Assembly (NCBI GenBank): GCA_963745025.1
Contig: CAVUWD010000019.1
Span: 96,001 to 160,000, forward strand
DNA: 64,000 bases
Direction of reading: 5' to 3'
Source: an uncultured delta proteobacterium
Lineage (GTDB): Bacteria; Desulfobacterota; Binatia; JACPRU01
Each line of letters starts with the position of its first letter. Position 1 is the first letter of the stretch. Shown in pieces: positions 29,988-40,111 of this stretch. The notes beneath the pieces are model-generated. The model was not told the origin of the DNA. It was given only the letters and a program-made list of their open reading frames with translations, and did not search any database. Position numbers and translations under genes: made by a program.

Positions 29988-30823
29988 CGGATCTCGTAGT
30001 TGAGAGTCGCCGGTTGCCGGTTCCGGTTCACGTCAACCGTGACGCGGCCCTCGTTGCGCAGCTCTTGGATGAGCGCCATTGCGCGAGCCGGATCCGTGAG
30101 CTCGTTTCCGTTGATCCGCGTGATGATGTCCCCGTTCTTCAAGCCGATCTTTTCGAAGACCGAATCCTGCTTGATGGCGAACAGCCGAAACCCGGCCGCC
30201 TTCCCGTCTTGGAAATGCGGCACCGCACGGATCTGGGTGAAGAGCTGATTCATGTTCTCCATCGCCTTGTCGACCTCGGCACGATCGATGACGAAGTCGC
30301 TGTCGCCACGTTGCTGGACGGAACCGCTGCCCGCCTCAGGCGCGGCGGGCGCGGTGCCAGCCTTGCCGCCGGGCTCGACGATCTTGAGGATCTCCTCTCC
30401 CTGGCCGCTTTCCAGCACCACTTGGCCCCATTCGACCCCGATGAGCGTGCGGTTCTGCAGCTTGTCCCCGACGCGGTAGAGCTGGTCCGTTTTGTTTGTC
30501 TCGTCGTGGATGATCGCGAAGGAATCGATGCCTTCGCCGGGTGCGGTGCCCAAGAGCTTGGCGTTGAGCGGGACGGTCTGCACCTGCTGTTCCGGCCCGG
30601 CGGCGCGCGGCGGATTGAAGACGTCCTTCGTCGTGATCGGAGCATAGTAGGCGAGCGGATGCTTGGTTGCCGGGGCGGCTTCCGCCGGCTGGCTCGCGGA
30701 TAGCGTCGGACGGCTACGGAAGCGACCGGCGATCCAGGCGTTGACCGTGCTCGCCGAAAAGAGAGCCGCGAGCCCAAGAAGCGCCAGTTGGCCCGTGGTG
30801 AGCAGAGTACGTGGCGAGATCAT
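29984..30823 (-). CDS. gspC: GspC with PDZ domain
   Basis: TM, LLGT HR domain, GLKNGDIITRING. Confidence 0.9.
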   Translation of the reverse strand: MISPRTLLTTGQLALLGLAALFSASTVNAWIAGRFRSRPTLSASQPAEAAPATKHPLAYYAPITTKDVFNPPRAAGPEQQVQTVPLNAKLLGTAPGEGIDSFAIIHDETNKTDQLYRVGDKLQNRTLIGVEWGQVVLESGQGEEILKIVEPGGKAGTAPAAPEAGSGSVQQRGDSDFVIDRAEVDKAMENMNQLFTQIRAVPHFQDGKAAGFRLFAIKQDSVFEKIGLKNGDIITRINGNELTDPARAMALIQELRNEGRVTVDVNRNRQPATLNYEIR

Positions 30824-31010
30824 TCAACCTACGCAGGCGAAGTAGGACATTCAAATAGAAGAATCGTCCGTGGGTTGCAAGTAAAAGTGTACGCGGATCG
30901 ACGACGCTCAAGGACGCTTCTCGGTCTGTGCGGTCTTCCGCGAAGACCGGACTCGCTGGAATCAGTCGCTGCGTCGGAGACTGCTCAGACCGTGAAGCCT
31001 TCCCGTCGCG

Positions 31011-31039
31011 TTGCAGGCGTGGTTCGTGCGGTGTAGAAT
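31011..31039 (+). promoter_or_regulatory. Sigma70 promoter of the ctpA operon
   Basis: TTGCAG-17 nt-TAGAAT; GGAGG SD downstream. Confidence 0.6.
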
Positions 31040-31069
31040 AAGAAAATTGTACTCCGGAGGTAGACATCG

Positions 31070-32494
31070 ATGTCCTTCCTGAAGCCGCGGCGGCGTCTTC
31101 TCGCTAGCGTCACGTTGATCGCCGCGCTCTGGCTCGCCAGCGGGGGAGTCAAAACCGTCGGAGCGGTCGCGCACGAGAGTTACGAGAACATCGAGGTCTT
31201 CACCAACATTCTGGCGATCGTGCAGAAGAACTACGTTGACGCGGTTACGACGAAGCAGCTCATCGAGGGCGCGATCAACGGCATGTTGACGTCGCTAGAT
31301 CCTCATAGCGCGTATCTCACCCCCGACCTCTATCGCGAGTTGCAGGTCGACACGCAGGGTAGCTTCGGAGGGCTCGGCATCGAGATCACGGTGAAGAACG
31401 GTATCCTCACGGTGGTTTCGCCGATCGAAGACACGCCGGCCTTCCGAGCGGGAATCAAGCCGGGCGATCAGATCCTGAAGATCGAGGGCGAGTTCACCAA
31501 GGACATGAGCTTGGTGGAAGCGGTCAAGAAGATGCGCGGGCCGAAGGGCACCAAGGTCAAGCTCACGTTACGGCGCGAGGGCGCCGCCGACCTCTTCGAC
31601 GTGCAGGTCACGCGCGAGAACATTCAGATTCAGAGCGTCAAGTCGCGGTCGCTCGAAAAGGGGTACGGCTACGTGCGCCTCACGCAATTTCAGGAGCGCA
31701 CGGACGAGGATCTCGAGAAGGCGATCGAAACGCTCGGCAAGCAGAGCGGGGGCAAGCTCGAAGGTTTGGTGCTCGATCTCCGTAACAATCCGGGCGGGCT
31801 TCTCACTCAGGCCGTGCGCGTGTCCGATCTGTTCCTGGATTCGGGTATGATCGTCTACACGGACGGTCGCCTCGAGAGCCAGAAGCAGCGTTACTACGCG
31901 CACAAGCGGAAGAACCACGTCGAGTCCCCGATGGTGGTGCTGGTGAACGGCGGGAGCGCCAGCGCGGCGGAGATCGTCGCGGGTGCCCTGCAGGACCATC
32001 GGCGCGCGCTGATCCTCGGCACGCAGACCTTCGGCAAGGGCTCGGTCCAGACGATCCTGCCGCTCGACGACAACTCGGCGTTGCGCCTGACGACGGCGCG
32101 CTACTACACGCCGCGCGGACGCTCGATCCAAGCGACCGGCATCACCCCGGACATCATCATGAGCAACGAGCTCACGGCGGCGAAGCCGACAGGCGCGCAG
32201 AACGAGATGGGGGACTTCCTCCGCGAGGAGAACCTGCGCGGTCACTTCAACAACGGGAATCCGCTGCCGGCGAAGCCGGAGAAGCCCGCGAAGCCCGGCG
32301 ACGCGGAGAAACCCGACGGCGCGACACAGCCGCAATCCCAAACGCCCGTGGGAGAGCCTCCGGGTGCGTCGGCGGTGGCGGAGGTGCGCGAGGGTGAGAC
32401 CGGCCGCGATCCGCAGCTCGACCGAGCGCTCGAGCTCCTGAAGAGCTGGAAGGTCTTCAAGGCCCTGACGAACCCGTCCACGGAAACGGGGTGA
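31070..32494 (+). CDS. ctpA: C-terminal processing protease (S41)
   Basis: LDPHS, PDZ GLGI, DLRNNPGG, SASAAEI, TFGKGSVQ. Confidence 0.95.
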   Translation: MSFLKPRRRLLASVTLIAALWLASGGVKTVGAVAHESYENIEVFTNILAIVQKNYVDAVTTKQLIEGAINGMLTSLDPHSAYLTPDLYRELQVDTQGSFGGLGIEITVKNGILTVVSPIEDTPAFRAGIKPGDQILKIEGEFTKDMSLVEAVKKMRGPKGTKVKLTLRREGAADLFDVQVTRENIQIQSVKSRSLEKGYGYVRLTQFQERTDEDLEKAIETLGKQSGGKLEGLVLDLRNNPGGLLTQAVRVSDLFLDSGMIVYTDGRLESQKQRYYAHKRKNHVESPMVVLVNGGSASAAEIVAGALQDHRRALILGTQTFGKGSVQTILPLDDNSALRLTTARYYTPRGRSIQATGITPDIIMSNELTAAKPTGAQNEMGDFLREENLRGHFNNGNPLPAKPEKPAKPGDAEKPDGATQPQSQTPVGEPPGASAVAEVREGETGRDPQLDRALELLKSWKVFKALTNPSTETG

Positions 32495-33855
32495 ACGGCC
32501 GTCTTCGCTCGGCGCCCACGGCTCCGCGTGTTCTCACCGTTGCCGAGCTCGCGCGCCGGATTCAGCATGCGCTCGAAGGCGGTCTCGACGGGGTCTGGGT
32601 CGTCGGCGAGATCTCGAACTTCCGCGCGGCCCCTTCCGGCCACTATTACTTCACGCTGAAGGACGAAGAGGCGCAGCTCGCCGCCGTGCTCTTCCGCAGC
32701 GCCGCGGCGCGCATCCGCTTCCGGCCGAGCGATGGCCTCGAGGTCGTGGCCGGCGGGCGCGTGCGACTCTACGAGGCGCGAGGGACGCTGCAGCTCTACG
32801 TCGAGTCCCTCGAGCCGCGTGGGCTCGGCGCGCTGCGCCTGCAGCTCCAGCAGCTGCGCGACAAGCTCGCCGCCGAAGGGCTGCTCGCGGCGGAGCGCAA
32901 GCGACCGCTGCCGTACCTGCCGCGTTGCGTTGGCGTCGTCACGGCGCTCGGCGGTGCCGCGATTCACGACATTCTCACCATGCTGCGTGCTCGATTTCCG
33001 AATCTCCGCGTGATCGTCCGCCCCGTCCGCGTCCAGGGTCTCGGTGCCGAGCGCGAGATCGCCGCCGGCATTCACGAGATCGGCGCGGTGCCCGAGGTCG
33101 AGGTGCTGATCGTCGGCCGCGGCGGCGGCTCGGTGGAAGATCTCTGGGCGTTCAACGATGAAAGCGTGGCGCGGGCGATCGCGGGGTGTCGGGTGCCGGT
33201 GGTGTCGGCGGTCGGGCACGAGATCGACGTGACGATCGCCGATCTGGTCGCCGATGCGCGCGCGCCCACGCCGACGGCCGCCGCGGAGCTCGTCGTGCCG
33301 CTCGAGCGGGAGCTCGTGGCGAAGCTCGAGGAGCATCGCCGTGCGCTCGAGCGCGCGCTCGAGCGCCATCTCGAGAGGGGTTATCGGATCGTCCGCTCGT
33401 TGCGTGCGCGCCTGCGCGACCCGCGAGGCGCGATTCGCTCGGCCGGGGCTCGGACGATCGAAATCCGGCTTCGGTTGCTCCGCGCCGCACGCCGCGCTCT
33501 CGCCGGGTCGCGCGAATCCGTGATCGGTTTCGAGCAGCGGCTGTTGTTTTCCTCTCCCGCGCGGCGCGTCGCCGGGGATCGCGCGCGAATCGAGGAGGCG
33601 GTTCCCCGGCTCTCGGCTTCGATGCGGCATCGCGCGGCGATCGCGCGCGAGCGGCTGGCGCGGCTCGCGGCGTCCTTGTCGAGCCTCTCGCCGCTCGGCG
33701 TGCTCGAGCGCGGCTATGCGGTCGTCTGGAAAACCGCAGGGGCGACTCCGCTGCGCGCCGCGAGCGAGGTGCAGCCGGGCGAGGAGCTCCGCATCCGGCT
33801 CGCCCGCGGCGGGCTTCGTGCCCGAGTCGAGTCCCGCGAGGATGAGGATGGCTGA
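32491..33855 (+). CDS. xseA: Exodeoxyribonuclease VII large subunit
   Basis: GEISN, SGHYYFTLKD, GRGGGSVEDLWAFN, VGHEID, PTPTAAAE. Confidence 0.96.
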   Translation: MNGRLRSAPTAPRVLTVAELARRIQHALEGGLDGVWVVGEISNFRAAPSGHYYFTLKDEEAQLAAVLFRSAAARIRFRPSDGLEVVAGGRVRLYEARGTLQLYVESLEPRGLGALRLQLQQLRDKLAAEGLLAAERKRPLPYLPRCVGVVTALGGAAIHDILTMLRARFPNLRVIVRPVRVQGLGAEREIAAGIHEIGAVPEVEVLIVGRGGGSVEDLWAFNDESVARAIAGCRVPVVSAVGHEIDVTIADLVADARAPTPTAAAELVVPLERELVAKLEEHRRALERALERHLERGYRIVRSLRARLRDPRGAIRSAGARTIEIRLRLLRAARRALAGSRESVIGFEQRLLFSSPARRVAGDRARIEEAVPRLSASMRHRAAIARERLARLAASLSSLSPLGVLERGYAVVWKTAGATPLRAASEVQPGEELRIRLARGGLRARVESREDEDG

Positions 33856-34690
33856 GCGGCTAGGAGTGGAGACGTTCTTGGCCGCTCTGTGGCTCGCAGC
33901 GGCGCCGGGGCTCTCCGCCGCGCATTCGGTGACCGTGGATCCACCCGCCGTCCCGGTTGGCGGTCTCGCCGTGGTCCGCACGGACGCCTCTGCTCCGAAC
34001 GGAACCTTCGACGGCAAGCGCCTGCGATTTTTCGCTGCCGCGGGCGGCTCGGCCGCGCTCGTCGGCATCGACCTCGACCGGCGCTCGGGCCGCTACCCGA
34101 TCGAGGTCGAGTATCGGGACGGAATGCGGGTGCGGGCGGAACTCGAGGTTCGCGACAAGACATTTCCCGAAGAACGACTGATGGTGCCGAAGGCCTACGT
34201 CGCGCCCGATGCCGCAACGCTCCGCCGGATAGACCGCGAGCAGCGTCTGCTCGCTGGGCTCTGGGAACGGAGCCCTCCCGACCGCTACTGGCGAGGCGAG
34301 TTCGTGCCGCCGTCCGAAGGTGCAGCCGGATCCCCATTCGGCCTGCGGCGCTTTTTCAACGGTGAGCCGCGGAGCCCGCACGCCGGCATGGACTTCCGCG
34401 CACCGCAAGGCGCGCCGGTTCACGCGTCGAACCGCGGCCGCGTCGTGCTCGCGCAGGATCTCTTCTTCACGGGCAACACGGTGGTGATCGATCATGGCTT
34501 CGGGCTCTTCACGCTCTACGTGCATCTGTCGAGGCTCACGGTTCGGCGCGGAGCGATGGCGGACAAAGGCCAGGAGATCGGCCAAGTCGGCATGACGGGT
34601 CGTGCTACGGGTCCGCACCTCCACTTCGCGGTGCGCGTCGCGGATGCGCGCATCGATCCCGAGGCCTTACTGGAGCGCGATCTGGATTGA
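33848..34690 (+). CDS. M23 family peptidase
   Basis: HAGMD (HxxxD), GRATGPHLHF (HxH). Confidence 0.92.
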   Translation: MAERLGVETFLAALWLAAAPGLSAAHSVTVDPPAVPVGGLAVVRTDASAPNGTFDGKRLRFFAAAGGSAALVGIDLDRRSGRYPIEVEYRDGMRVRAELEVRDKTFPEERLMVPKAYVAPDAATLRRIDREQRLLAGLWERSPPDRYWRGEFVPPSEGAAGSPFGLRRFFNGEPRSPHAGMDFRAPQGAPVHASNRGRVVLAQDLFFTGNTVVIDHGFGLFTLYVHLSRLTVRRGAMADKGQEIGQVGMTGRATGPHLHFAVRVADARIDPEALLERDLD

Positions 34691-34695
34691 TAAGG

Positions 34696-34771
34696 ACGGC
34701 TACCGACTACCGGCCACCGCAGAGGATCCTTGGGGCTTTTTCCGGTAGCCTGGAGCCGGAAGCCGGTAGCG
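34696..34771. repeat. Heptamer-repeat palindrome
   Basis: GGCTACC GACTACC GGCCACC ... GGTAGCC TGGAGCC GGAAGCC GGTAGC. Confidence 0.75.
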
Positions 34772-34786
34772 CAGGAGGCCCGATCG

Positions 34787-35014
34787 ATGAAGTTCGAAGA
34801 ACGTCTCAGCGATCTCGAGGGAATCGTCGAGAAGCTCGAAAGCGCGGACCTGCCGCTCGAGGAGGCGCTCGCACTCTTCGAGAAGGGCATCGGCCTCGTC
34901 CGCGAGCTCTCCACGCACCTCGAGGAGGTAGAGCGGAAGCTCGAGGTGCTGACGCGCGACGCCGCCGGAGAAGCCGAGCTTCGCGAGATGGAGGAGCCGA
35001 AGCGTGACGACTGA
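34787..35014 (+). CDS. xseB: Exodeoxyribonuclease VII small subunit
   Basis: FEERLSDLEGIVEKLE...LEEALALFEKG. Confidence 0.93.
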   Translation: MKFEERLSDLEGIVEKLESADLPLEEALALFEKGIGLVRELSTHLEEVERKLEVLTRDAAGEAELREMEEPKRDD

Positions 35015-35888
35015 CGAGTATCTGCAGCGGTGGACGACCGAGGTCGACGCCGCCCTCGGCGAGCTCGTGCGCGAGAGGCGCGCGAGGGTGGAGCCCCGAC
35101 TGCTCGAGGCAATGGAGTATAGCTTGACGTCGCCCGGCAAACGCATCCGCCCGATCCTCGTGCTCGCGGCCGCGGAGGCACTCGGCGCCGACCCTCGTCC
35201 GCTCCTTCCGTTCGCTTGTGCGGCCGAGATGGTGCACACCTACTCTCTGATCCACGACGATCTGCCGGCGATGGACGACGACGATCTCCGCCGCGGCCGC
35301 CCGACGAACCACAGGGTCTTCGGCGAGGCCGTCGCGGTCCTCGCCGGAGACGCCTTGCTGACCGAGGCATTCGCCGTCCTCAGCGCCGACGGCGGGCTCA
35401 GTGCCGAGCGCCGGCTCGCGGCGATTCGTGAGCTCGCCGTTGCGGCGGGTGCCGAGGGAATGGTCGGAGGACAGACGGCGGACATCCTCGCCGAAGGCGC
35501 CGAAGCCGACCCACGCCGGGTCGAGTCCATCCACCGCCGCAAGACGGGCGCGCTGCTGCGTGCCTGCGTCCGCATCGGCGCAATCCTCGCCGGGGCGGAC
35601 GCGCCGGCTCTCGCGAGTCTATCGGCCTACGGTGAAGCGATCGGCTTGGCCTTCCAGATCGCCGACGACCTGCTCGACGAGCTCGGCAGCACTCGGGTCA
35701 CCGGCAAGTCGGCGCAGCGCGACCGCGAGCGTGGCAAGTCGACCTACCCCGCGGCGCTGGGGGTCGCGCGCGCCCGTCAATTGCTCCGCGAGTTGCTGGA
35801 GCAGGGCCTTGCGGCGCTCGGTGAATTCGGTGCCAGCGCCGAGCCGCTGCGGGAGATCGCGCGTCGCGTCGTGGAGCGGGCGTTGTAA
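35004..35888 (+). CDS. ispA: Farnesyl/geranylgeranyl diphosphate synthase
   Basis: GKRIRP, SLIHDDLPAMD, FQIADD. Confidence 0.94.
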   Translation: MTTDEYLQRWTTEVDAALGELVRERRARVEPRLLEAMEYSLTSPGKRIRPILVLAAAEALGADPRPLLPFACAAEMVHTYSLIHDDLPAMDDDDLRRGRPTNHRVFGEAVAVLAGDALLTEAFAVLSADGGLSAERRLAAIRELAVAAGAEGMVGGQTADILAEGAEADPRRVESIHRRKTGALLRACVRIGAILAGADAPALASLSAYGEAIGLAFQIADDLLDELGSTRVTGKSAQRDRERGKSTYPAALGVARARQLLRELLEQGLAALGEFGASAEPLREIARRVVERAL

Positions 35889-35891
35889 AAA

Positions 35892-35971
35892 GGACGGCTA
35901 CCGGCTACCGACTACCGGTTACCGGAAAGGCAGCGCGGCGTCTTTGCCGGAAGCCGGAAGCCGGTAGCCGG
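35892..35971. repeat. Heptamer-repeat palindrome
   Basis: GGCTACC GGCTACC GACTACC GGTTACC GGAAAG ... CTTTGCC GGAAGCC GGAAGCC GGTAGCC. Confidence 0.8.
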
Positions 35972-35973
35972 AG

Positions 35974-36708
35974 ATGCCAAAGATTCGCCTCGACGTCCTT
36001 CTCGTCGCCCGAGGTCTGGTGAAGTCCCGTGAAGAGGCGCAGCGCATGATCCTCGCGGGCGAAGTGCGCGTTGGTGATCGGCCGGCTGCCAAGCCGTCCG
36101 AGAATGTGGCGCCGGATGCGACCCTCGCGGTCGGGAAGCGGCCGCGGTTCGTCAGCCGGGGTGGCGAGAAGCTCGACGGCGCGCTCCGCGCGCTGGGCGT
36201 CGACTTCTCGGGACGGGTCGCCCTCGACGTTGGCGCGTCGACCGGCGGCTTCACGGATTGCCTTCTCCAGCACGGCGTCCGTCGTGTCTATGCAGTCGAC
36301 GTCGGCTACGGCCAACTCGACTGGCGCCTTCGCAAGGATCCACGAGTGGTGGTGATCGAGCGCCAGAACATCCGCGCGCTATCGCCCTCGTCCATTCCCG
36401 AGCCGGTCGACGTCGCGGTCGTCGACGTCTCCTTCATCTCGCTTCGCCTCGTGCTGCCAAAGATCCGCGAGCTGCTCGGCCCGGCGGCGACGGTCATCGC
36501 GCTCGTCAAGCCGCAGTTCGAGGTGGGCAGGGGGAACGTCGGTAGGGGTGGGGTCGTACGCGACTCCGCGCTTCACCGCGAGGCGATCGACGGTGTCCGC
36601 CAGGCGGCGCACGCGCTCGGCTTCGTCGAGCGCGGCTTCGCCGAGTCGCCGCTTCGCGGCCCGAGTGGAAACCGGGAGTTTTTTCTCTATTGGTCCACGG
36701 ACGGTTGA
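35974..36708 (+). CDS. tlyA: TlyA rRNA 2'-O-methyltransferase
   Basis: S4 domain, VSRGGEKL, DVGASTGGFTD, LVKPQFE. Confidence 0.95.
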   Translation: MPKIRLDVLLVARGLVKSREEAQRMILAGEVRVGDRPAAKPSENVAPDATLAVGKRPRFVSRGGEKLDGALRALGVDFSGRVALDVGASTGGFTDCLLQHGVRRVYAVDVGYGQLDWRLRKDPRVVVIERQNIRALSPSSIPEPVDVAVVDVSFISLRLVLPKIRELLGPAATVIALVKPQFEVGRGNVGRGGVVRDSALHREAIDGVRQAAHALGFVERGFAESPLRGPSGNREFFLYWSTDG

Positions 36709-36743
36709 CAGGGAGCGACCGAGGGTCGACGCTTGGCGTCACC

Positions 36744-37181
36744 ATGGGCGATCGACGCGATCGTCTTGCTCGGATGCTGAATGCCAAGCGGGGAGAGCTC
36801 TTCCTGACGTTACGGCGGGAGTTCGGGGAGCGCCTCGAGGAGGATGCGCTCACGTCTCAAGACGAGAAGATCGAGATCGGCGACCGCTCGGTCTCAGTGC
36901 TCGGCCAAGACGTCGAGCTCGAGCGGCTGGAGATGAAGCGGCGGCAGCTCCGGCGCATCGACGATGTGCTCGAGCGTCTCGACCAGGGCAGCTATGGTCT
37001 TTGCGAGGATTGCGACGCCGAGATCGCCGAGGAGCGCCTCGAGATCGTGCCGCTCGCTACCCGCTGCGTGGAATGCGAGCGCAGGAGAGAGGTCGAAGAA
37101 AAGCGCATCGAGACGACCGGTGGAGGGTTTCGCGCCGGATTCCGCGACATCCGGGAGAGGTCCGAGGAGGGCGAGGATTGA
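36744..37181 (+). CDS. DksA/TraR-family C4 zinc-finger protein
   Basis: Coiled coil plus GSYGLCEDC...RLEIVP..CVEC. Confidence 0.88.
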   Translation: MGDRRDRLARMLNAKRGELFLTLRREFGERLEEDALTSQDEKIEIGDRSVSVLGQDVELERLEMKRRQLRRIDDVLERLDQGSYGLCEDCDAEIAEERLEIVPLATRCVECERRREVEEKRIETTGGGFRAGFRDIRERSEEGED

Positions 37182-37252
37182 GGGTGCCGAGAGCGGCGCG
37201 GTTGCATTTGCGCCGGTCGTGATCAGGGTATTTTTAACTGGCGGTCGGCAAG

Positions 37253-37444
37253 CTACTTCGGGTAGACCATCCGAACCTTGCCCGCGCCGATTTCGCGCAG
37301 GCTGGTGACGATGTCCTTGTTATCGGTTTCGACCAGGGGCCGGGCGCCCTTCAGCAGCAACTTGGCCCGCTTCGATGCGAGGAGTACGAGTTCGAAGCGG
37401 TTTGGGATCTTCTCGAGGCAATCTTCGACGGTGATGCGAGCCAT
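37253..37444 (-). CDS. rpoZ: RNA polymerase omega subunit
   Basis: [23 protein letters not shown]. Confidence 0.95.
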   Translation of the reverse strand: MARITVEDCLEKIPNRFELVLLASKRAKLLLKGARPLVETDNKDIVTSLREIGAGKVRMVYPK

Positions 37445-37520
37445 GTGCGTATCCTTCTTTCGATTCCGCTACTTCTATCCGGGCGGTGCGGTCAGCGCAA
37501 GCACGCCACGATCCTGACCG

Positions 37521-38642
37521 ATGGCCCGAAAAGATCTCTACGGGGTTCTCGGCGTCGGCCGAAAGGCGTCGGCCGATGAAATAAAGAAGGCGTACCGCAA
37601 GCTCGCCCGTAAGCATCACCCGGACGTCAATCCCGGCAACAAGCAGGCGGAGGAGCGTTTCAAGGAGATCTCGTTCGCCAACGACGTGCTCGCGGATCCC
37701 GAAAAGCGGAAGATCTACGACGAATTCGGCTTCGAGGGGCTGCAAAGCGGATTCGACGCGGATCGTGCGCGACAGTACCGCGAATGGCAGTCGAGCGGCG
37801 GCTCGGCTCCGGCGGGGCGGGGATTTGGCAAGTATTCGAGCTTCGAGGACGTCTTCAGCGATCTCGGCGATCTGTTCGGCGGCCAGGGTCGGGGGTTCCG
37901 CGGCCCGGGACGCGGCGCCGATCTCGAATACTCGCTCGAGCTCGATCTGCTCGATGCGGTGCATGGCGTTACGCAGACGATCGCGCTGCGACGGCCGGTC
38001 GCCTGTCCTCAGTGCGGAGGCGCCGGAGGCAAGGGGGCCACGGTTTGCCCGCAGTGCGAGGGGGCCGGTCAGGTGCGGGTGGGCGGGGGCCCGGTCGCCT
38101 TCGGCCGGACGTGTCCGCGTTGCTCCGGGAGCGGACGCGCGTACACCGAGCCGTGTCCCCGCTGCGGGGCGACCGGTCGGATCGACGAGGTGGATCGGCT
38201 GAGTGTCAAGATTCCCGCTGGCGTCGACGAGGGCTCGAAAATCCGCCTCGCGGGCAAGGGCGAGGCTGGATACAAAGGAGGACCGCCGGGAGACCTCTAC
38301 ATCAACGTCCGGCTCCGCCCGCATCCGTTCCTCGAGCGGCGAGGCCAAGACCTCTATCTCGATCTCCCGGTCACCGTCGGCGAAGCCACGCTCGGTGCCT
38401 CCGTCACCGTTCCAACCCCGGGCGGGGACGTGAGCCTGCGCATTTCGCCAGGCAGTCAGAGCGGCCAGCGTCTGCGGCTGCGTGGCCGCGGTGTGAAGGA
38501 CGCGAAGAGCAAAGCCGCAGGCGACCTCTACGTCCGCTTGCTCGTGCAGGTGCCCCGCGATGGCGGCGAAAAGGCCCGCCGGGCGGCCGAGGAGCTCGAG
38601 CAGTGCTACGGCGAGAGCCCGCGCAAGAACTTGAAGCTATGA
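37521..38642 (+). CDS. DnaJ-family chaperone (DnaJ2/CbpA-like)
   Basis: J domain HPD; four CxxCxGxG repeats; C-terminal domain. Confidence 0.92.
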   Translation: MARKDLYGVLGVGRKASADEIKKAYRKLARKHHPDVNPGNKQAEERFKEISFANDVLADPEKRKIYDEFGFEGLQSGFDADRARQYREWQSSGGSAPAGRGFGKYSSFEDVFSDLGDLFGGQGRGFRGPGRGADLEYSLELDLLDAVHGVTQTIALRRPVACPQCGGAGGKGATVCPQCEGAGQVRVGGGPVAFGRTCPRCSGSGRAYTEPCPRCGATGRIDEVDRLSVKIPAGVDEGSKIRLAGKGEAGYKGGPPGDLYINVRLRPHPFLERRGQDLYLDLPVTVGEATLGASVTVPTPGGDVSLRISPGSQSGQRLRLRGRGVKDAKSKAAGDLYVRLLVQVPRDGGEKARRAAEELEQCYGESPRKNLKL

Positions 38643-38941
38643 GGTACTTGCGCCTGAGCGACATTGCCGAACGCTACGGTATCGGCCGCGACGAGCTGGA
38701 GATCTTGGCGCGAGAACAGCTGATCGAGATCAAGCACACGCTCGAGGAGGAGGCGGTCGTCTCGTGTGACGACGTCGACAAGGCGCGCCTCGCGAGGGTG
38801 CTGATGAACGAGCTCGACGTGAATCTGGCCGGCGCCGAGGTCATCGTCCACATGCGAGAAGAGATGCTCGCCATGCAGCGTCAGTTCGGCAAGATCCTCG
38901 AACTGCTGATCGAGGAGATCCGTCGCGCCGCAGAGCGTTGA
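38639..38941 (+). CDS. CbpM/HspR-like MerR-fold chaperone modulator
   Basis: [12 protein letters not shown] motif; ATGA-coupled to the dnaJ-like gene. Confidence 0.8.
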   Translation: MRYLRLSDIAERYGIGRDELEILAREQLIEIKHTLEEEAVVSCDDVDKARLARVLMNELDVNLAGAEVIVHMREEMLAMQRQFGKILELLIEEIRRAAER

Positions 38942-38992
38942 GCCGTCTCGCGAATTGCCCTACCTTCGGGGCTGACGACGCGCGGGCCGACC

Positions 38993-40031
38993 ATGGCGGA
39001 CGTACCCGAAAAGGCCGATTTGGCCGCCGAAGAGCTGCAGCCGGGCGAGGGAGACGGGGTGCCCGACCTCGTCGAATCCGACAAGGAGCAGCGTTCCGAC
39101 GAGACCGCTCTCATCCCTCGGGATCCGCTCAGCCGCTATCTCGCCGAGATTCGCCGCTATCCTCTGCTCACCCCCGAGGAGGAGCACCGCCTGGCAGTCG
39201 AGTACAAGGCATATGGCGACATCACGCCGGCGTACCGCCTGGTGACCGCCAACCTCCGTCTCGTGGTGATGATCGCGCGGCGACTACGAGAACGCGTTCC
39301 GCAATCTCTTCGATCTCATCCAGGAGGGCAACATCGGCCTGATGGAGGCGGTCAAGAACTTCGACCCCTACCGCGGGATCCGCTTCCCGACCTACGCCGT
39401 GTGGTGGATCCGCGCCTACATCATCCGTTACTTGATGAACAATTTCCGCATGGTGAAGCTCGGTACCACGCAGGCGCAGCGCCGCCTGTTCTTCAACCTG
39501 CAGAAGGAAAAGCAACGACTCGAGGCCGAAGGTTTCGAGATCAGCCCGAAGCTGATCGCCCGCCGTCTCGACGTGAAGCCGAGCGAAGTCATCGAGATGG
39601 AGCAGCGCATGAGCGCGCGCGACCTCTCGGTCGACAGCCCGATCGGCGTCGATGAGGAAGGAACGATGCTCGACTTGCTGCCGAGCAAAGGGACGACCGA
39701 GGAGACCGTGGCGGACGCGCATTACCAGAAGGTCATCGCCGAGAAGATGCGCGAGTTCGGCACGACGCTGACGGGCAAGGAACGCACGATCTTCGAGAAG
39801 CGACTGCTCACCGAGGAGCCGATGACGCTTCAGGAGATCGGTGAGATGTACGACATCAGCCGCGAGCGCGTGCGGCAGATCGAGGAGCGGCTCAAGCGGC
39901 GGCTGCGGGAGTTCTTGCTCGCCGACATGAAGGACCTCGAGACCGTGGAGGTGGTGAGCTCGACACCGCGCCGGCGTCGCCGCAAAGCCGCGGCGGAGAC
40001 GTCGACCGAGGTCCCGCCCAAGTCCGGTTGA
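38993..40031 (+). CDS. rpoH: RpoH (sigma32)-like sigma factor (apparent indel ~39280)
   Basis: [10 protein letters not shown]; [11 protein letters not shown]; [16 protein letters not shown] RpoH box; [10 protein letters not shown]. Confidence 0.88.
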
Positions 40032-40111
40032 GACGCGTTCGGCTGTCCGCGATCGGCCTTCGGCAAAGACGCCGGGTGTCGAGAGCGGATGGCGGACAGC
40101 CATTCGCGTTT

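Noticed and set aside
32242-34068. Long antisense and alternate-frame ORFs (this one and many similar)
   Set aside because: Shadow ORFs expected at high GC; Arg/Ala/Pro-rich, no motifs, overlapping well-supported genes.
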